A DNA stretch of 63,078 nucleotides, counting the filler, from Lenisia limosa (taxonomy: Eukaryota; Protista; Breviatea): NCBI GenBank assembly GCA_001655205.1. It is 10 parts of 10 records of this genome, joined end to end, with 100 filler letters (N's around TTAATTAATTAA, not from the genome) between each part and the next. Parts side by side here need not be neighbours in the genome. Positions count along the whole stretch, not along the records: positions 43,718 to 57,445 come from LPNZ01003472.1; positions 57,546 to 59,513 come from LPNZ01009665.1; positions 59,614 to 61,482 come from LPNZ01001487.1; 7 more parts are not named here. The stretch is one strand, 5' to 3'. The position numbers and the translations under genes were made by a program. Positions within the stretch are counted from its first letter, which is position 1. Each line of letters opens with the position of its first letter. The notes under the pieces were generated by a model that saw only the letters and a list, made by a program, of their open reading frames with translations, did not search any database and was not told where the DNA came from. Shown piece after piece: positions 49,801-60,685 of this stretch.

Positions 49801-52800
49801 ATTCCACAACTTCGGGGGTTACTTCGACTGTCGTGGATGACTGCAAATGCAATGAGTGAGCAAGGGAAATCTTCAAGGGTTTGATCAAATGCCTTTTCGT
49901 TGAGTGGACATCATTATATCGATTTATTCTGTCTAGGGGCTACTACAGGATATCTGAACTCACTGATGCGCCTGTGTGCTCTGAATGTCCTTTGGGCGGC
50001 TATTGCCAAGGTATTTTGGGGCTAAAATAAAAGAAACTCAGCACTATGATGGGCAAGCAGCTTTGATACTGGAGGGTTTTTTTTGTAGAGCTTCATTTTC
50101 GGTTCCAAAAAAACTGAAATCTAGATAAATCCTCGACAAATATCGATATTTCGGAACCGAAAGTGAAGCTCTACTTTTTTGTTTCACTTCACGTTATATA
50201 AATATATTACGTACAATATTATACCTTCTTTTAGGCGCGAACGTAGCGCCAATTGCCGATGCCGGCTACGCACCATCCACTGTCTCAACAGTCTTCCTTG
50301 AATGCTCCAGTGAAGTTTGCGGATGTTGTGTCAAGGGCTTCACTTCGGTTCGTAACAAGACTGGATTTCTCGATAAATCTCCAAAAATATCGATATTTTA
50401 CCGGTCTTTTTAGAACCGAAGTGAAGCCCTAGTTGTGCCTATAATATCAATGATATGATCACTGTTGAAATCAAGGTTGAATATAAATGTTATGCCATAA
50501 CACTTCGCAGATTGTTTGTCTTGGTAACGGAACTTGTGGTGAAGGCTACAAAGGGGACATTTGCTCCGAGTGTGACAAGGAGTATTACATGGTCAACGGT
50601 GAATGTAAGGGGGGTTTAAGTTGACTATTCAAAATCCAAAATTTCATCCCACGTTTTCACCACATCAGGCAAGAAGTGTACTCAGTTCGCAATGTTCCTT
50701 CTTTATATTGCGGTTTTCCTCGGACTTTGTAAGCATCTACATATCATATGATTCAATTCTCCACCTTTTTGTTTCACCTTCATACAGTGGTTCTTGCTGG
50801 TGTCTTCGCCCAAGGATACCGCCCGATCCATGGTGACACTTTTGGGGCTATTCGCGTTCTCTTCAATTTCATCCAGGTCTGCTGCGGACAATCCAGCTAT
50901 CCGGCTGAAGCTCAGGAATATCGGTATTATATCAGTTCCTAAGCTCGAGGAACATCAATATCCGGGTCTATGCAGCTGTCATAATGTTCAAGCTAATCTT
51001 ATCAAATTGAGTCTTCTATACAAATATCTTACTGAACCCACCTCTAGCAATGCCTTTCATCTTCATATTATTAACACTTGGATACTGTTATGCCTTGACA
51101 TGCCTCTTTGGATGCTGTTATGACTTGACATGCCTCTTGGAGTTGGTTTGTTTATTCTCATACCAAGGTATTTCCTCTTATTTCCTCGTTTCTAACGACT
51201 AGGTGATGGCCTTGTACCCGGACTTCAAGCTGGGGTGGAACAAGGCTCTCGAAGATACTTTCAACTGTGGGGGGTGCATGAGACAATAATTTTGGCATAT
51301 GATTCAAGTACACTAATACCTCGCGATTTCCCTTGTTCACTGCCTCTAGTTATGTCTGTGGTAAACGCCAACATAGGGCTGGCAGCTCCTGAATGCGCGA
51401 CCTCCCTCACCATCGGGTTTTACATGCGTTTCCTTCTGAAGCTCGCCCTACCCCTCTCTATTTGCGTGTTCATTGCCATTTTCTACAGCTTCATCCTGCT
51501 GCACTCCTATATTGTAAGGAGCCGAAATTATTGTTACTTGGTGTTGACATGTCTCTTTGAACTTTGGTTCATGCCACGGTGGAGAGTAGCCCATCCTCTA
51601 GTTGTCTTCCATCTTTGAATGACAACCGTAGATGAAGCGTCGAGGCATGGAGGTGACGGAGAGGCCAGCTGAAGGAACACACTGGAAGGAGGTTCTCCGC
51701 TATCGCCTCACAACGCCGCAGTCTGAGGACGATATGAAGTTTTGGAGATTGGCGTCGTTTAGAGCTGTGGCGGTATNNNNNNNNNNNNNNNNNNNNNNNN
51801 NNNNNNNNNNNNNNNNNNNNNNNNNNNNNNNNNNNNNNNNNNNNNNNNNNNNNNNNNNNNNNNNNNNNNNNNNNNNNNNNNNNNNNNNNNNNNNNNNNNN
51901 NNNNNNNNNNNNNNNNNNNNNNNNNNNNNNNNNNNNNNNNNNNNNNNNNNNNNNNNNNNNNNNNNNNNNNNNNNNNNNNNNNNNNNNNNNNNNNNNNNNN
52001 NNNNNNNNNNNNNNNNNNNNNNNNNNNNNNNNNNNNAAATCAGTCAAGACTTATCCTGGTCTAGTGACTATTATACTCAGTATTGGTATTGTGTAGGTGA
52101 TGGTTCGATACAACCCTAATTTTTTATTTCTTATTGCTATTTAGTATATACTACACTATAAATTGGGAAGTCAAAAATTATATATATATCATATGTGTGT
52201 ACATGTGTTTCATAATAGTATTATACCTTAAATGAACAATGCCTTTGTGTTCGAACTTGTTTGTTGTGTGACCATTTTCACGAGACTTGACCATTCTCAC
52301 GAGACGACCATTTTAGTTGGCCAACGACGATTGGGTCGTAGACAACAGTCGTGACGTCATGTGCTACGATGACCAGTACCTTTCATACCTACCTATTGCT
52401 TTTGCTGCGACTACCATTTTCGTTAGGGGGTCAAGGATAATCAACTTAACTGAAAATCTCAAATACAAATATTCCTTGATGTATCTCCAAAGATTAAATG
52501 CAATTGTCTATACTTTTTTATGTAGTGTTATATGTTGTGTCGTTGTTTAAATATCTAATTCCAATTTCTGATACCTATCGATAGTTTTCACATTGTTTGC
52601 TTCTTATTCCATTTAGATTGTTGGTATCCCTGTGGGATCCTACGTTATCATCTTCCGCGTCCGAAATAATCTTGAGCATCCGCACGTTTTCGCTGCTCTT
52701 GGGTATGATACATATGTTTTCATAATAAGAACAACACTCAACACTATAGCTGTGTGTTTGTATTGTGAGTGGTGCATTTTTCTCGTAATTAGTCTCATTT

Positions 52801-54098
52801 AGATTCCTGTACGACCGCTATCGTAACAACCGGAGAATGTGGGAAACCACCATTCTTATCAGAAAGCTTCTTATCATCTGCGCGTTCCTGTTCCTCACTA
52901 AATATGCTGAAATCCAGGTTGGTAACAAGGTATCAGATAATACAATACTTGCTACCATTATTTTGTTGTCAATGATTCTCTTGGTGGGCGGATTTTGGAA
53001 CTTGCGGTCAAGTTGGTAAGTGCTTCTTTATGGCTCGCTAAAATTATCATAAGCATAAATGATGCAACCAATGTGATGGTACATTGCAAGACAGGAAGGG
53101 AGATAATGTATCGTTTTCAATTAACCTAAATCTCCTGGCATAATTATTTCACCTTCTAGGCGACCATCGCATGTGTTATCCTTCTGATCTCGCTGTATTC
53201 CCAGCTTTACGCTGTTCCATTCAGATCAAGAGACCTCAATAGACTTGTAAGTATAGGTACCTCCAAAGTATTGCTTTTGTACTAACCCTTCTTCCTTCTG
53301 GATTCCTGTTTCTTTTGTCGGGTTCTTTTCGGTTTCATATTTACTGTCTGTATTATATTATACTATAATCCAATATCTATAAGTGTGATGGTGTGGACGG
53401 CATCGGCCAGTTACAACTTTTTTTTTACTCATTGCTCTATATAGTATGATACAAATAGCTATATATTTATTCATTTTCTCTTACCTTGTTAGGAAGCTGC
53501 TGCTGTTTCCGTCAATTTACTTATTCTGATGTTCGGACAAATGTACCTTTATATTGGGCCATATTCAAGGTGAGGACTGTCTTCGTGTACTGAATCCTCT
53601 CCCCCGCTCTCCCATTGCCTTTTATATTCAATAAATATTGCTTCCATTTTCATTATTGTTATTCCAAGTCTTGTCAACCCGGTTTAACTCTTAGTCTTGG
53701 CAGCCCTATTTAACTCTCCTGTAGAGGAGGAGTCATTATCGCTGTCTTTGTATTTTCTCTTCTTGGTGCCTGGTTCCTTGCATTCCTTCTCGTCCTTGGT
53801 GTTGCTATATGGAACAAACAGAAGGGCAAGGTTAGTTGCTATGGACGGTTACCATATTGATCCAAATTTTGTAAACAGAGACTGTTTTTGCTGATAAATT
53901 TCGTAGGAGGTGAAGCAACAAAAAGTGAAAGAAAACGTTCTCATCGGTGCTGACTTTAATTGGACAAGATTCAGGTATGAGGAACTTAAATGCAGTGTTG
54001 TACCCTTGATCCTTGGATACCTTTCATTAGTCATTTCCTTTAATAATCAATTCAGACGCCACGGAACGTTCGAGAACGACAACAATGTATTTGTATGA
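43868..54098 (+). CDS. Large membrane protein: extracellular beta-rich region, Cys-rich GCC2/GCC3 (ephrin-receptor-like) repeats and a multi-pass TM C-terminus; 5' end truncated
   Basis: About 30 GT-AG exons, e.g. EPCTVCRVGFYRTPPTTLCLECPEHSTTSGVTSTVVDDCKCNE (from 49711), CSECPLGGYCQ, CGEGYKGDICSECDKEYY, GAIRVLFNFIQ, FLYDRYRNNRRMWETTILIRKLLII, VPFRSRDLNRL-EAAAV. TGA at 54096-54098. Confidence 0.85.
44771..44869. mobile_element. Family B MITE
   Basis: GGGGATTCACTTCGGTT ... GAACCGAAGTGAAGCCCTA. No clear TSD. Confidence 0.8.
45355..45434. mobile_element. Family B hAT-type MITE (CCCTACGGTCC subfamily)
   Basis: TAGGGCTTCCCTGCGGTCC...GGACCGTAGGGAAGCCCTA with a perfect 8-bp TSD CGTATGTT (45347-45354 and 45435-45442). 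Confidence 0.9.
45710..45870. repeat. 28-bp tandem repeat, about 5.5 copies, ending at an acceptor
   Basis: TAGTATTAATCTTGCCACTCATGCTCCC starts at 45710, 45738, 45766, 45794 and 45822, with a partial copy at 45850. Confidence 0.95.
46929..47047. mobile_element. Family B MITE
   Basis: TAGGGCTACACTTCGG...CCAAAGTGAAGCCCTA. Flanks ATTGTAAT/GTTGCAAT match 6 of 8. Confidence 0.82.
47167..47253. mobile_element. Family B MITE
   Basis: CAGGGCTTCAC...AAACCCTA with a perfect 8-bp TSD CATATAAT. Confidence 0.82.
47558..47634. mobile_element. Family A MITE
   Basis: TATACAGTG..GATAAGCCTTGACCGATTTG...GGTCAAGACTTATCCCGGTCAGTATA. Confidence 0.78.
47860..47942. mobile_element. Family B MITE (CCCTACGGTCC subfamily)
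   Basis: TAGGGCTTCCCTACGGTCC...GGACCAGGGAACCCTA. Flanks TATATCAT/CATATAAT match 6 of 8. Confidence 0.82.
48046..48145. mobile_element. Family B MITE
   Basis: TAGTGCTTCACTTTG...CCGAAGTGAAACCCTA with a perfect TSD TTTAGGAA. Confidence 0.85.
48488..48570 (+). repeat. Family C repeat
   Basis: TACTATATTCCAATATCTCTTATAAGCGTGATGGTAAGGACGGCTTCGG...TTTCTCATTGCTATATA. Confidence 0.78.
49168..49252. mobile_element. Family A MITE (opposite orientation to the 1309 copy)
   Basis: CTGACCGGGATAAGTCTTGACCGA ... TCGGTCAAGAC..TTATCCTGGTCACTG. The internal spacer is the reverse complement of that in the 1309 copy. Confidence 0.8.
49568..49710 (+). repeat. Family D repeat ending at an intron acceptor
   Basis: GGATGCCATGCTGCAGAAGCGGCTGGCCTGG...GGCCAACAGTGTTGATTTAGGGCTTTTTTTGTTTCATAA...TTTTACTCCCCC...CTAG. 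Confidence 0.8.
50086..50173. mobile_element. Family B MITE
   Basis: TAGAGCTTCA...TGAAGCTCTA. Flanks TTTTTTTG/CTTTTTTG match 7 of 8. Confidence 0.8.
50333..50431. mobile_element. Family B MITE
   Basis: AAGGGCTTCACTTCGGTTC...GAACCGAAGTGAAGCCCTA. Flanks GTTGTGTC/GTTGTGCC match 7 of 8. Confidence 0.87.
53361..53446 (+). repeat. Family C repeat, most complete copy
   Basis: TACTATAATCCAATATC...GTGATGGTGTGGACGGCATCGGCCAG...CTCATTGCTCTATATAGTA. The ends TACTATA/TATAGTA are inverted. Confidence 0.78.
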
Positions 54099-54355
54099 AT
54101 CATTCGGCCACCTTGTGTTGAAGGTGCCCCTATTTGTGTATATTTAAATTCGAACCTAATCATTTCATGTGGGTTTCCGTGTGTCTCAAAGGCATGTCAC
54201 CTGACTGTGAATGACAAAACTATCGTAACAGTTGTAAATTACTTTTTACCCCAATCATTATTCTCATCTCAAAATGGGGCTATAAGAGATCTGTTTTACA
54301 TCAACCTGACTTTACTATTTTCCACAATCTACAGTCCCTCAGTCCAACTTGGAAT

Positions 54356-54450
54356 TAGGGCTTCACTTCGGTTCGAAAAATACTGGTAACATATCAATAG
54401 TTTTCGAGGATTTATCGAGAAAATCAATCTTTTTTCGAACCGAAGCCCTA
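54356..54450. mobile_element. Family B MITE (intergenic)
   Basis: TAGGGCTTCACTTCGGTTCGAAAAA...TTTTTCGAACCGAAGCCCTA with a perfect TSD CTTGGAAT. Confidence 0.9.
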
Positions 54451-54509
54451 CTTGGAATGCGTTGTTAAACCGATGAATTTGGGTGACAAAAAGAAAAAAC
54501 TTGAACAAT

Positions 54510-54815
54510 TCAAGGTTTGAAATACAATGGCACCTGAGAGGTTAATTTGCTTGCAGTCGTTAGAACGTCGTAATATAGGTCTAATATATCCATAATGAGT
54601 ATCGTAATCCCTGAAAATGTCCTGTCTGATGGCACGAATTCGGTAAATGAGTCAGTGACGTCAAGCTGATAGCCCAATTGTACAGAAGAATAGTCCGGGG
54701 CCCAGATTGGCCAGTGGCAAATCAATGAGTAAGTTGTGCCCGGACAGTTCCTGTTATCCTTACAACTCTGTGTACAGCTTTCTGCGTGCCCATCAGGATT
54801 GATTTTACTAATCAA
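54510..54815 (-). CDS. Possible terminal exon of an uncharacterised gene
   Basis: About 100 open codons (KINPDGHAESCTQSC...VPLYFKP*) downstream of a TTAG acceptor. No family recognised. Confidence 0.3.
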   Translation of the reverse strand: MISKINPDGHAESCTQSCKDNRNCPGTTYSLICHWPIWAPDYSSVQLGYQLDVTDSFTEFVPSDRTFSGITILIMDILDLYYDVLTTASKLTSQVPLYFKP

Positions 54816-55453
54816 TCGCGATTTTTTTTTGTTTTTGAGAACAATTGGGAGCCGAAATGAATAAGGTCACTTTTTTATGGCTGTATGTTTCTCTATATCA
54901 TTCTTATCAAATGAATGTCGTTTAAATGGTGCCCTGAATCTTTGTTGTATCGATTGAGTTCTTGATTCCCTAAAAACACAAAATATAATACCTCTACTCT
55001 ACCTCTATTCCAGCAACTACATAAGTGTTGCCAAGAATTGAAGAGATCATTACTTGTGAATGTTCCGCTTTTATATCATTGCATTTTCCTTGCCTTGGCA
55101 AAGTTTACACCTCTTCTCTTACATGACGAGAGAAACCTGGATGAAACAATTCCTTACCATTTCTATTGATACATCTGGGAAACAATTTTATTGCACACCG
55201 AGGCTTTTGATTAATTTACAGGGCTGGTCGGCATTCTAGTTAAGTTAACCATAGAGAAAACTTCAACATGAAAAAGACTTTTTCCAGAAAATTTACTGTA
55301 TTTTTCCGGAATAACTACAAAGTGGAAAATCCCGAAAAAACTCGGGGTTTCTTATTGGACGATGTTGATGGCTCAAAATACCAACTTACTTCTACTGGCC
55401 TTCTTTTTAGATTTTGTTGTGGTATTCGACTAAATCATTACCATCATCAACAG

Positions 55454-57335
55454 TGTTCAAGGCAGCATCATCTTGCCAGCACCCCACCTTTCAAGATCTT
55501 CGACGCTCAAAGGTCTGTCATGTGTGCCCTTCTGCGAAGACACCTAAACAAAAATCAGAATTATGCTCAATTGGATGTCAGAAATAGGGCTTTATTTCGG
55601 TTAAAAAAAAAGACTGAATTTCTCTATTAATCTTCTAAAACTGTCGATATTTTTCCGAATCGAAGGGAAGCCTTTGTCAAAAAGACCCCCGCCTCCTCTC
55701 CAACCCTTAATGAGCGACAGAACTTGGCGGGAGGCTCTTGCTGCATACCCGAGAGGTTCTGGACGATGTTCATGATCAAAGGGTCTCCNNNNNNNNNNNN
55801 NNNNNNNNNNNNNNNNNNNNNNNNNNNNNNNNNNNNNNNNNNNNNNNNNNNNNNNNNNNNNNNNNNNNNNNNNNNNNNNNNNNNNNNNNNNNNNNNNNNN
55901 NNNGTACCGCAATAGCAAAGTGTCAGAAAAGTGTACTCCACAGTACCTTGGCTTGAGGCTACTAAGTGCCGTAACACAAATGTCGACTCAGCAGACAGGC
56001 AAAAAGACGGACCAACTTGAGAGTCACCAAGAAGAAGGTATGAACAGATGGTATGCAATATATGCATAGTATCACCTCCCTCCTTTAACTAATATTATAT
56101 GTTACAATATTTCCAATTTTGTGTAGAAAAAGAGGAAATATAAATCACTGGCTAAGCAGCTACAAAGTTTCAATATTGCCCCTAGTACAGCAGTAGGAGA
56201 TTTTCTCGATTAGGCCAAGAGCCAGGCCGCGGCCGGAGCCATCCAGGAAGGAAAACAGGATTTCGAGAACGTGCGGCCGCGTGAGCATTTCTACTCTGAT
56301 TGCTACATTGTTATGAGTCAATAGGGAGTCCGAAAAACTCAAGGCATACGATATGTACCTATTCCGAAAAGTATAAAAATGAAAACACAGTTTAATGCGT
56401 AATTGATAAAGTTTCAATACTGCACACATCGCATCCACCCCACCTGAATCCATGACGTTATTGAGGTACTCCATCGCCGCAAGGAGTAGAGTCATGTAAC
56501 CCGGCGATGATACCACTGAAATGTTACAAATATCAAAATATAGATGATGCCGCCAAACGTGAAATATCTTGAGATTAATCCTGTTTAACTGCCCCCCACC
56601 TCCAGCCGTAAATATCGACTCTATTACTTGCCACGCATGCCCCACAATCAGACTCGAGAATAAGAAATCCCGGGCCGCCTCAATACCTAAAGGATCAAAA
56701 TCATGGTCAGGTTTCCATGCTGATAATTGTCTCTATTAGTATTATAATGTCCCTATTAGTATTATATGACATATCTTTAGGCAAATAGCGAGTCAAAAAC
56801 TGTTTCACTAATCGAACCGAACCGAAGAGAAACACTACTTCTATATCCCCCTCCCCACAAGACGCTGCAGCAAGTATGCGCAGCCCATTGAAGATGCGGT
56901 GAGCCTCACAACTCGATAGTTCTGTGGGGTGAGGGAAGCAAAAGGGGTTCTGACCGTAGGGAAGTGAGAAGCGTGGATTCAGTTTGGTCCAATAACTTCA
57001 GTTCGAAAAAGATTATGACACAAAAATATGCTACCGTTTATTTGACGTCAATTCTTCAGCATTTGCTATCTGGTAACGAGTTTTAAAGAAATATTTGTTC
57101 ATATTTGTTGTCATGTTTTGAGAGACCTTGAAGACGTCTCGTGAAAAGAAGAGGCGATGGAGACTCTTAAGGGAACCGCTTGCAGGCTTTTTGGTTTGAA
57201 TATCCTTAAAGATTTAAGGATTCAGATTGCTTTCAGTTAATGATTCAACTGCTGGACACAGCTGCCAAGTTTGCCAGTGATGGCAAGCTGCAGCCGACAA
57301 TTCAGGACGGACTCGAATCGGCGATTCACAAAGTG
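55454..57335 (+). CDS. Probable uncharacterised multi-exon gene (strand not certain)
   Basis: Plus-strand exon-like segments LGGRLLLHTREVLDDVHDQR, KVSEKCTPQYLGLRLLSAVTQM... and LMIQLLDTAAKFASDGKLQPTIQDGLESAIHK have GT-AG ends. Some segments also read openly on the minus strand. Confidence 0.4.
55585..55675. mobile_element. Family B MITE (degenerate)
   Basis: TAGGGCTTTATTTCGGTT...GAATCGAAGGGAAGCCTTT. Flanks GTCAGAAA/GTCAAAAA match 7 of 8. Confidence 0.75.
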
Positions 57336-57669
57336 TGTGGCGGAATGAATCCCGAAAACGAATTGCAACATAGTCTTCATGTTTTGCTCAACATTGAAAT
57401 TTTAACAGTGGGAAAGAAAATGGAATTTCCAAGTGTTCTAAAAACNNNNNNNNNNNNNNNNNNNNNNNNNNNNNNNNNNNNNNNNNNNNTTAATTAATTA
57501 ANNNNNNNNNNNNNNNNNNNNNNNNNNNNNNNNNNNNNNNNNNNNGAATGAAGGTGCAAATTGAAATAAAGAAATAAAAAAATAATCATTTCTGTTACAT
57601 TACTTCAACATACTCACAATATTTTAAAGAAGTTGCAGAACAATCGTTGAACAAAAGAAATATCCGAAA

Positions 57670-57795
57670 GCTTAATCATTCCAGGATTCCTTCAACATAC
57701 TTAAAACCATTACCCTAATCATCTTTGACCATTTCAGGATTTCTTCAATCTTAACCATTCCAGGATTTCTTCAATCTTAACCATTCCAGGATTTC
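57670..57795. repeat. ~26-bp tandem repeat (cttaaccattccaggatttcttcaat)
   Basis: Three to four imperfect copies are visible. Confidence 0.85.
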
Positions 57796-57952
57796 GCTCC
57801 TTCTCATTCGACTTGCAAAGACTCTATTGGCGGCGTATGAGGGGGGGGGGGGCAANNNNNNNNNNNNNNNNNNNNNNNNNNNNNNNNNNNNNNNNNNNNN
57901 NNNNNNNNNNNNNNNNNNNNNNNNNNNNNNNNNNNNNNNNNNNNNNNNNNNN

Positions 57953-59091
57953 GATGATGATGGAGTTGACACGAAGGAATGTGTTAATAGAAAGGAAAGA
58001 GTATTATGGATTGCTTATATTCAAGGAAGAGTCCTCATAAACAAGTATGAGCGTTGGATTATGGAGGGGGTTCAAAAAACTCTTTTTTTAATATTTGAAA
58101 AAAAGAAGTGAAAAATATAAAATAAAATAACAACTTAAATTTCAAGGAAGAACAAGTCGACCAACAAAGTGATGAACGCTGTTCGTCCCCTTCTCAAGTC
58201 CCTACACGAGGCCTTTGCCGTAACTGCTGAGGTGTGTGGGGTGAGGGAGGGGTGGTGATATAGCGTCAAAGTGAAGGCAACTATACAAATATACTGTATA
58301 CTGTCAAGAAGCAACAATGGAATGCAACTTTTCTCATGATATATAGGATATATTATTCCTAAAAATTCCGTGATAAATTTGGATATATTCGTGTATAATT
58401 TCCTGACAGATCTTTCACAGAATGCAACTTCTCTCATGATAAAAATGGCTATTCAATCCCCCACTGTTCCGTTTTGAACAAGCAATATATCCATTTAAAA
58501 CACCAGATATGTCTATGGATTTATCAGCCCCCATTCGAAATAACGCTGTAGCAAATCACCCCTCTGAAACCTTTTGTCGTGGAAGGTGTCGGTGAGGGGA
58601 TGAATTGGGTTTGTGAATGGGAGCTTCACTTTAGGTTCCAAAGGCTGATAAAAAATATCGATATTTATCGAGGATTAATCAGGATTTATGGAGGATTTAT
58701 CGATATTTCAGTCTTTTTGGAACCGAAAGTGAAGCCCTACTTTGAATAGAGGGACGTTTTGTAGAGGGGTGGTACATCGTGTTCTGTAAAGAGGTTTGTG
58801 CTTTTTCTGCAGAGGTGGTGTAGGCTGTACGCTGACCTTGATAAAGGCGATATCCCCTTGTTTTATGGTCTATTTATTATCGCTGCATGTAACATCACTG
58901 TAGAGAGAAGCGACTGGCCTGGGCGTTGTTTGTTTTGTTGAATCAACCCTTGTGTGTTTTCAGCCAGCAGAGTTGATTTGGGCTTTTTTGTTTCATAAGT
59001 TATCCGATTTTACTCCCCCCCTCTCCAGAAAGTGACCTTGTTCAAACTCAAGCTGATACTCAAGCCGCTGCGCACAAATGGACACTCAATG
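57953..59091 (+). CDS. Uncharacterised gene fragment
   Basis: GT-AG exons KNKSTNKVMNAVRPLLKSLHEAFAVTAE, QITPLKPFVVEGV, LYADLDKGDIPLFY and ESDLVQTQADTQAAAHKWTLN. Confidence 0.5.
58618..58739. mobile_element. Family B MITE
   Basis: GGGAGCTTCACTTTAGGTTCC...GGAACCGAAAGTGAAGCCCTA. Confidence 0.8.
58906..59028 (+). repeat. Family D repeat ending at an intron acceptor
   Basis: AGAAGCGACTGGCCTGGGCGTTGTTTGTTTTG...CAGCCAGCAGAGTTGATTTGGGCTTTTTTGTTTCATAA...TTTTACTCCCCCCCTCTCCAG. Confidence 0.82.
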
Positions 59092-60049
59092 TAACTGGGA
59101 CTTTACTTTTGCATCTTGTTTACTTTTTTTTTAGGCAGTGGGGCTCGGTGCGATTAATTGAAACATTAATTTTTATTATTACTATTGGTTTCATTATGTT
59201 ACTACTCCTTTTCTTTTTTCTCAGCATCATGACTGCTCTGTAGGAAATGGCAACGTCAGTCAAGGTCATCATGTCAAACTCATAAGAACTTAGTACAATG
59301 CATGACACATTGAGAGAACTGTGTAAACATGAACTGTGTAATGCGTGAGAATATCATATACTTATGCTACATGTGTATTATATAATAGATTATATCACAC
59401 CGTTCATATATCTGGGAATTTTCCTCTTTCTGTGAAAACAAGCCAAATGAACATTATCCTTGATAAAATAAGTTGGGTATTACAGTATTTATCATATAAT
59501 GTTAATTCATTGCNNNNNNNNNNNNNNNNNNNNNNNNNNNNNNNNNNNNNNNNNNNNTTAATTAATTAANNNNNNNNNNNNNNNNNNNNNNNNNNNNNNN
59601 NNNNNNNNNNNNNTCTTTGTACATGTATTTTTGCTAGAATTTGACTAAAATGCACGAGCTCTAATTTTGACAACTCTGCTACTCATGATGTGGTTTCAAA
59701 TATAATACATTAAAGTAAGATGTGGTAGCACTCTCCTTTAGAATGAATGTTTGGTACACGAAAAATTCAGAAAAGCTATCAGTTCATCGGATCTATGCGG
59801 CATTATCACATCTTTATATTGCCAAAGCGAAGTCCTGTTACTTTTTCTCAAGCTCTCTCCCTCCTCTTGTGTGTCAATAAACTTGCTCTACTTTTGAAGG
59901 TTTTAATATTTCTTCCGATATAAACCCATCGTCAATTAGGGACAGTAACCTCACTACCCACAATCAAAATAATTACCGATGGAGTCCCCGCACAAAAAGA
60001 TGACTCAAATGCCTATTTTCAGAAATTGATACATAAAACAGAATTACCA

Positions 60050-60685
60050 TTAGTTTTCATCGGCCAACTGGGGATCTGAGTTGGTGAGGTCAAAAACAGA
60101 AATAGGACCCTTACTGAGCTGAAGCCGGCGAAGAGCTTGCACTATCTCTCGCATCCCCCTCCTTTCAACGAACACTTCTGAGCGGAGATGGGCAACCAAA
60201 CCCTTGCCGATGTCTTTGGCACTACCGAGTTCGTGCTTCTCAACCCTCTTTATTACGAATGGCTTTGTCTTGCTGGACAAATCACGCAGGTACCTTGAGA
60301 GCCAGCCCTTTTGAATAACTAGAAAGTAAAAAGGAACAAAGGACCTTACCTCCATTCGTCTCTAAACGAGAGAGATTGTATCTCGCCTTGGCAATCTCGC
60401 TTCTTGACTTGAGAAAGTCCAGCGACGTACAAGATGTTGTGGCAGTGAGGTAGAGAAGGTGTGCATGGAAGGACTCCAAGTAAGTGGAAGAAAGAACTCT
60501 AGTGGAAGTTACATACGATGGAAGAATGATACCAACCCCTCACCCAAATGGTTTTATTTAACAAGTGAACAGTAGACGACAATAAACCTACAGATGCTTG
60601 TGCTTGGTATGGGCAACAATGACGTCCATAGGTCCTGGTTGCCACATTCTCTCAACGGCAGCAAGAACAGGAGCTGTTAGGATTC
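60050..60685 (-). CDS. Uncharacterised gene fragment
   Basis: Exons ILTAPVLAAVERMWQPGPMDVIVAHTKHKHL, ESFHAHLLYLTATTS...LETNG and YLRDLSSKTKPFVIKRVEKHELG.... Confidence 0.55.
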
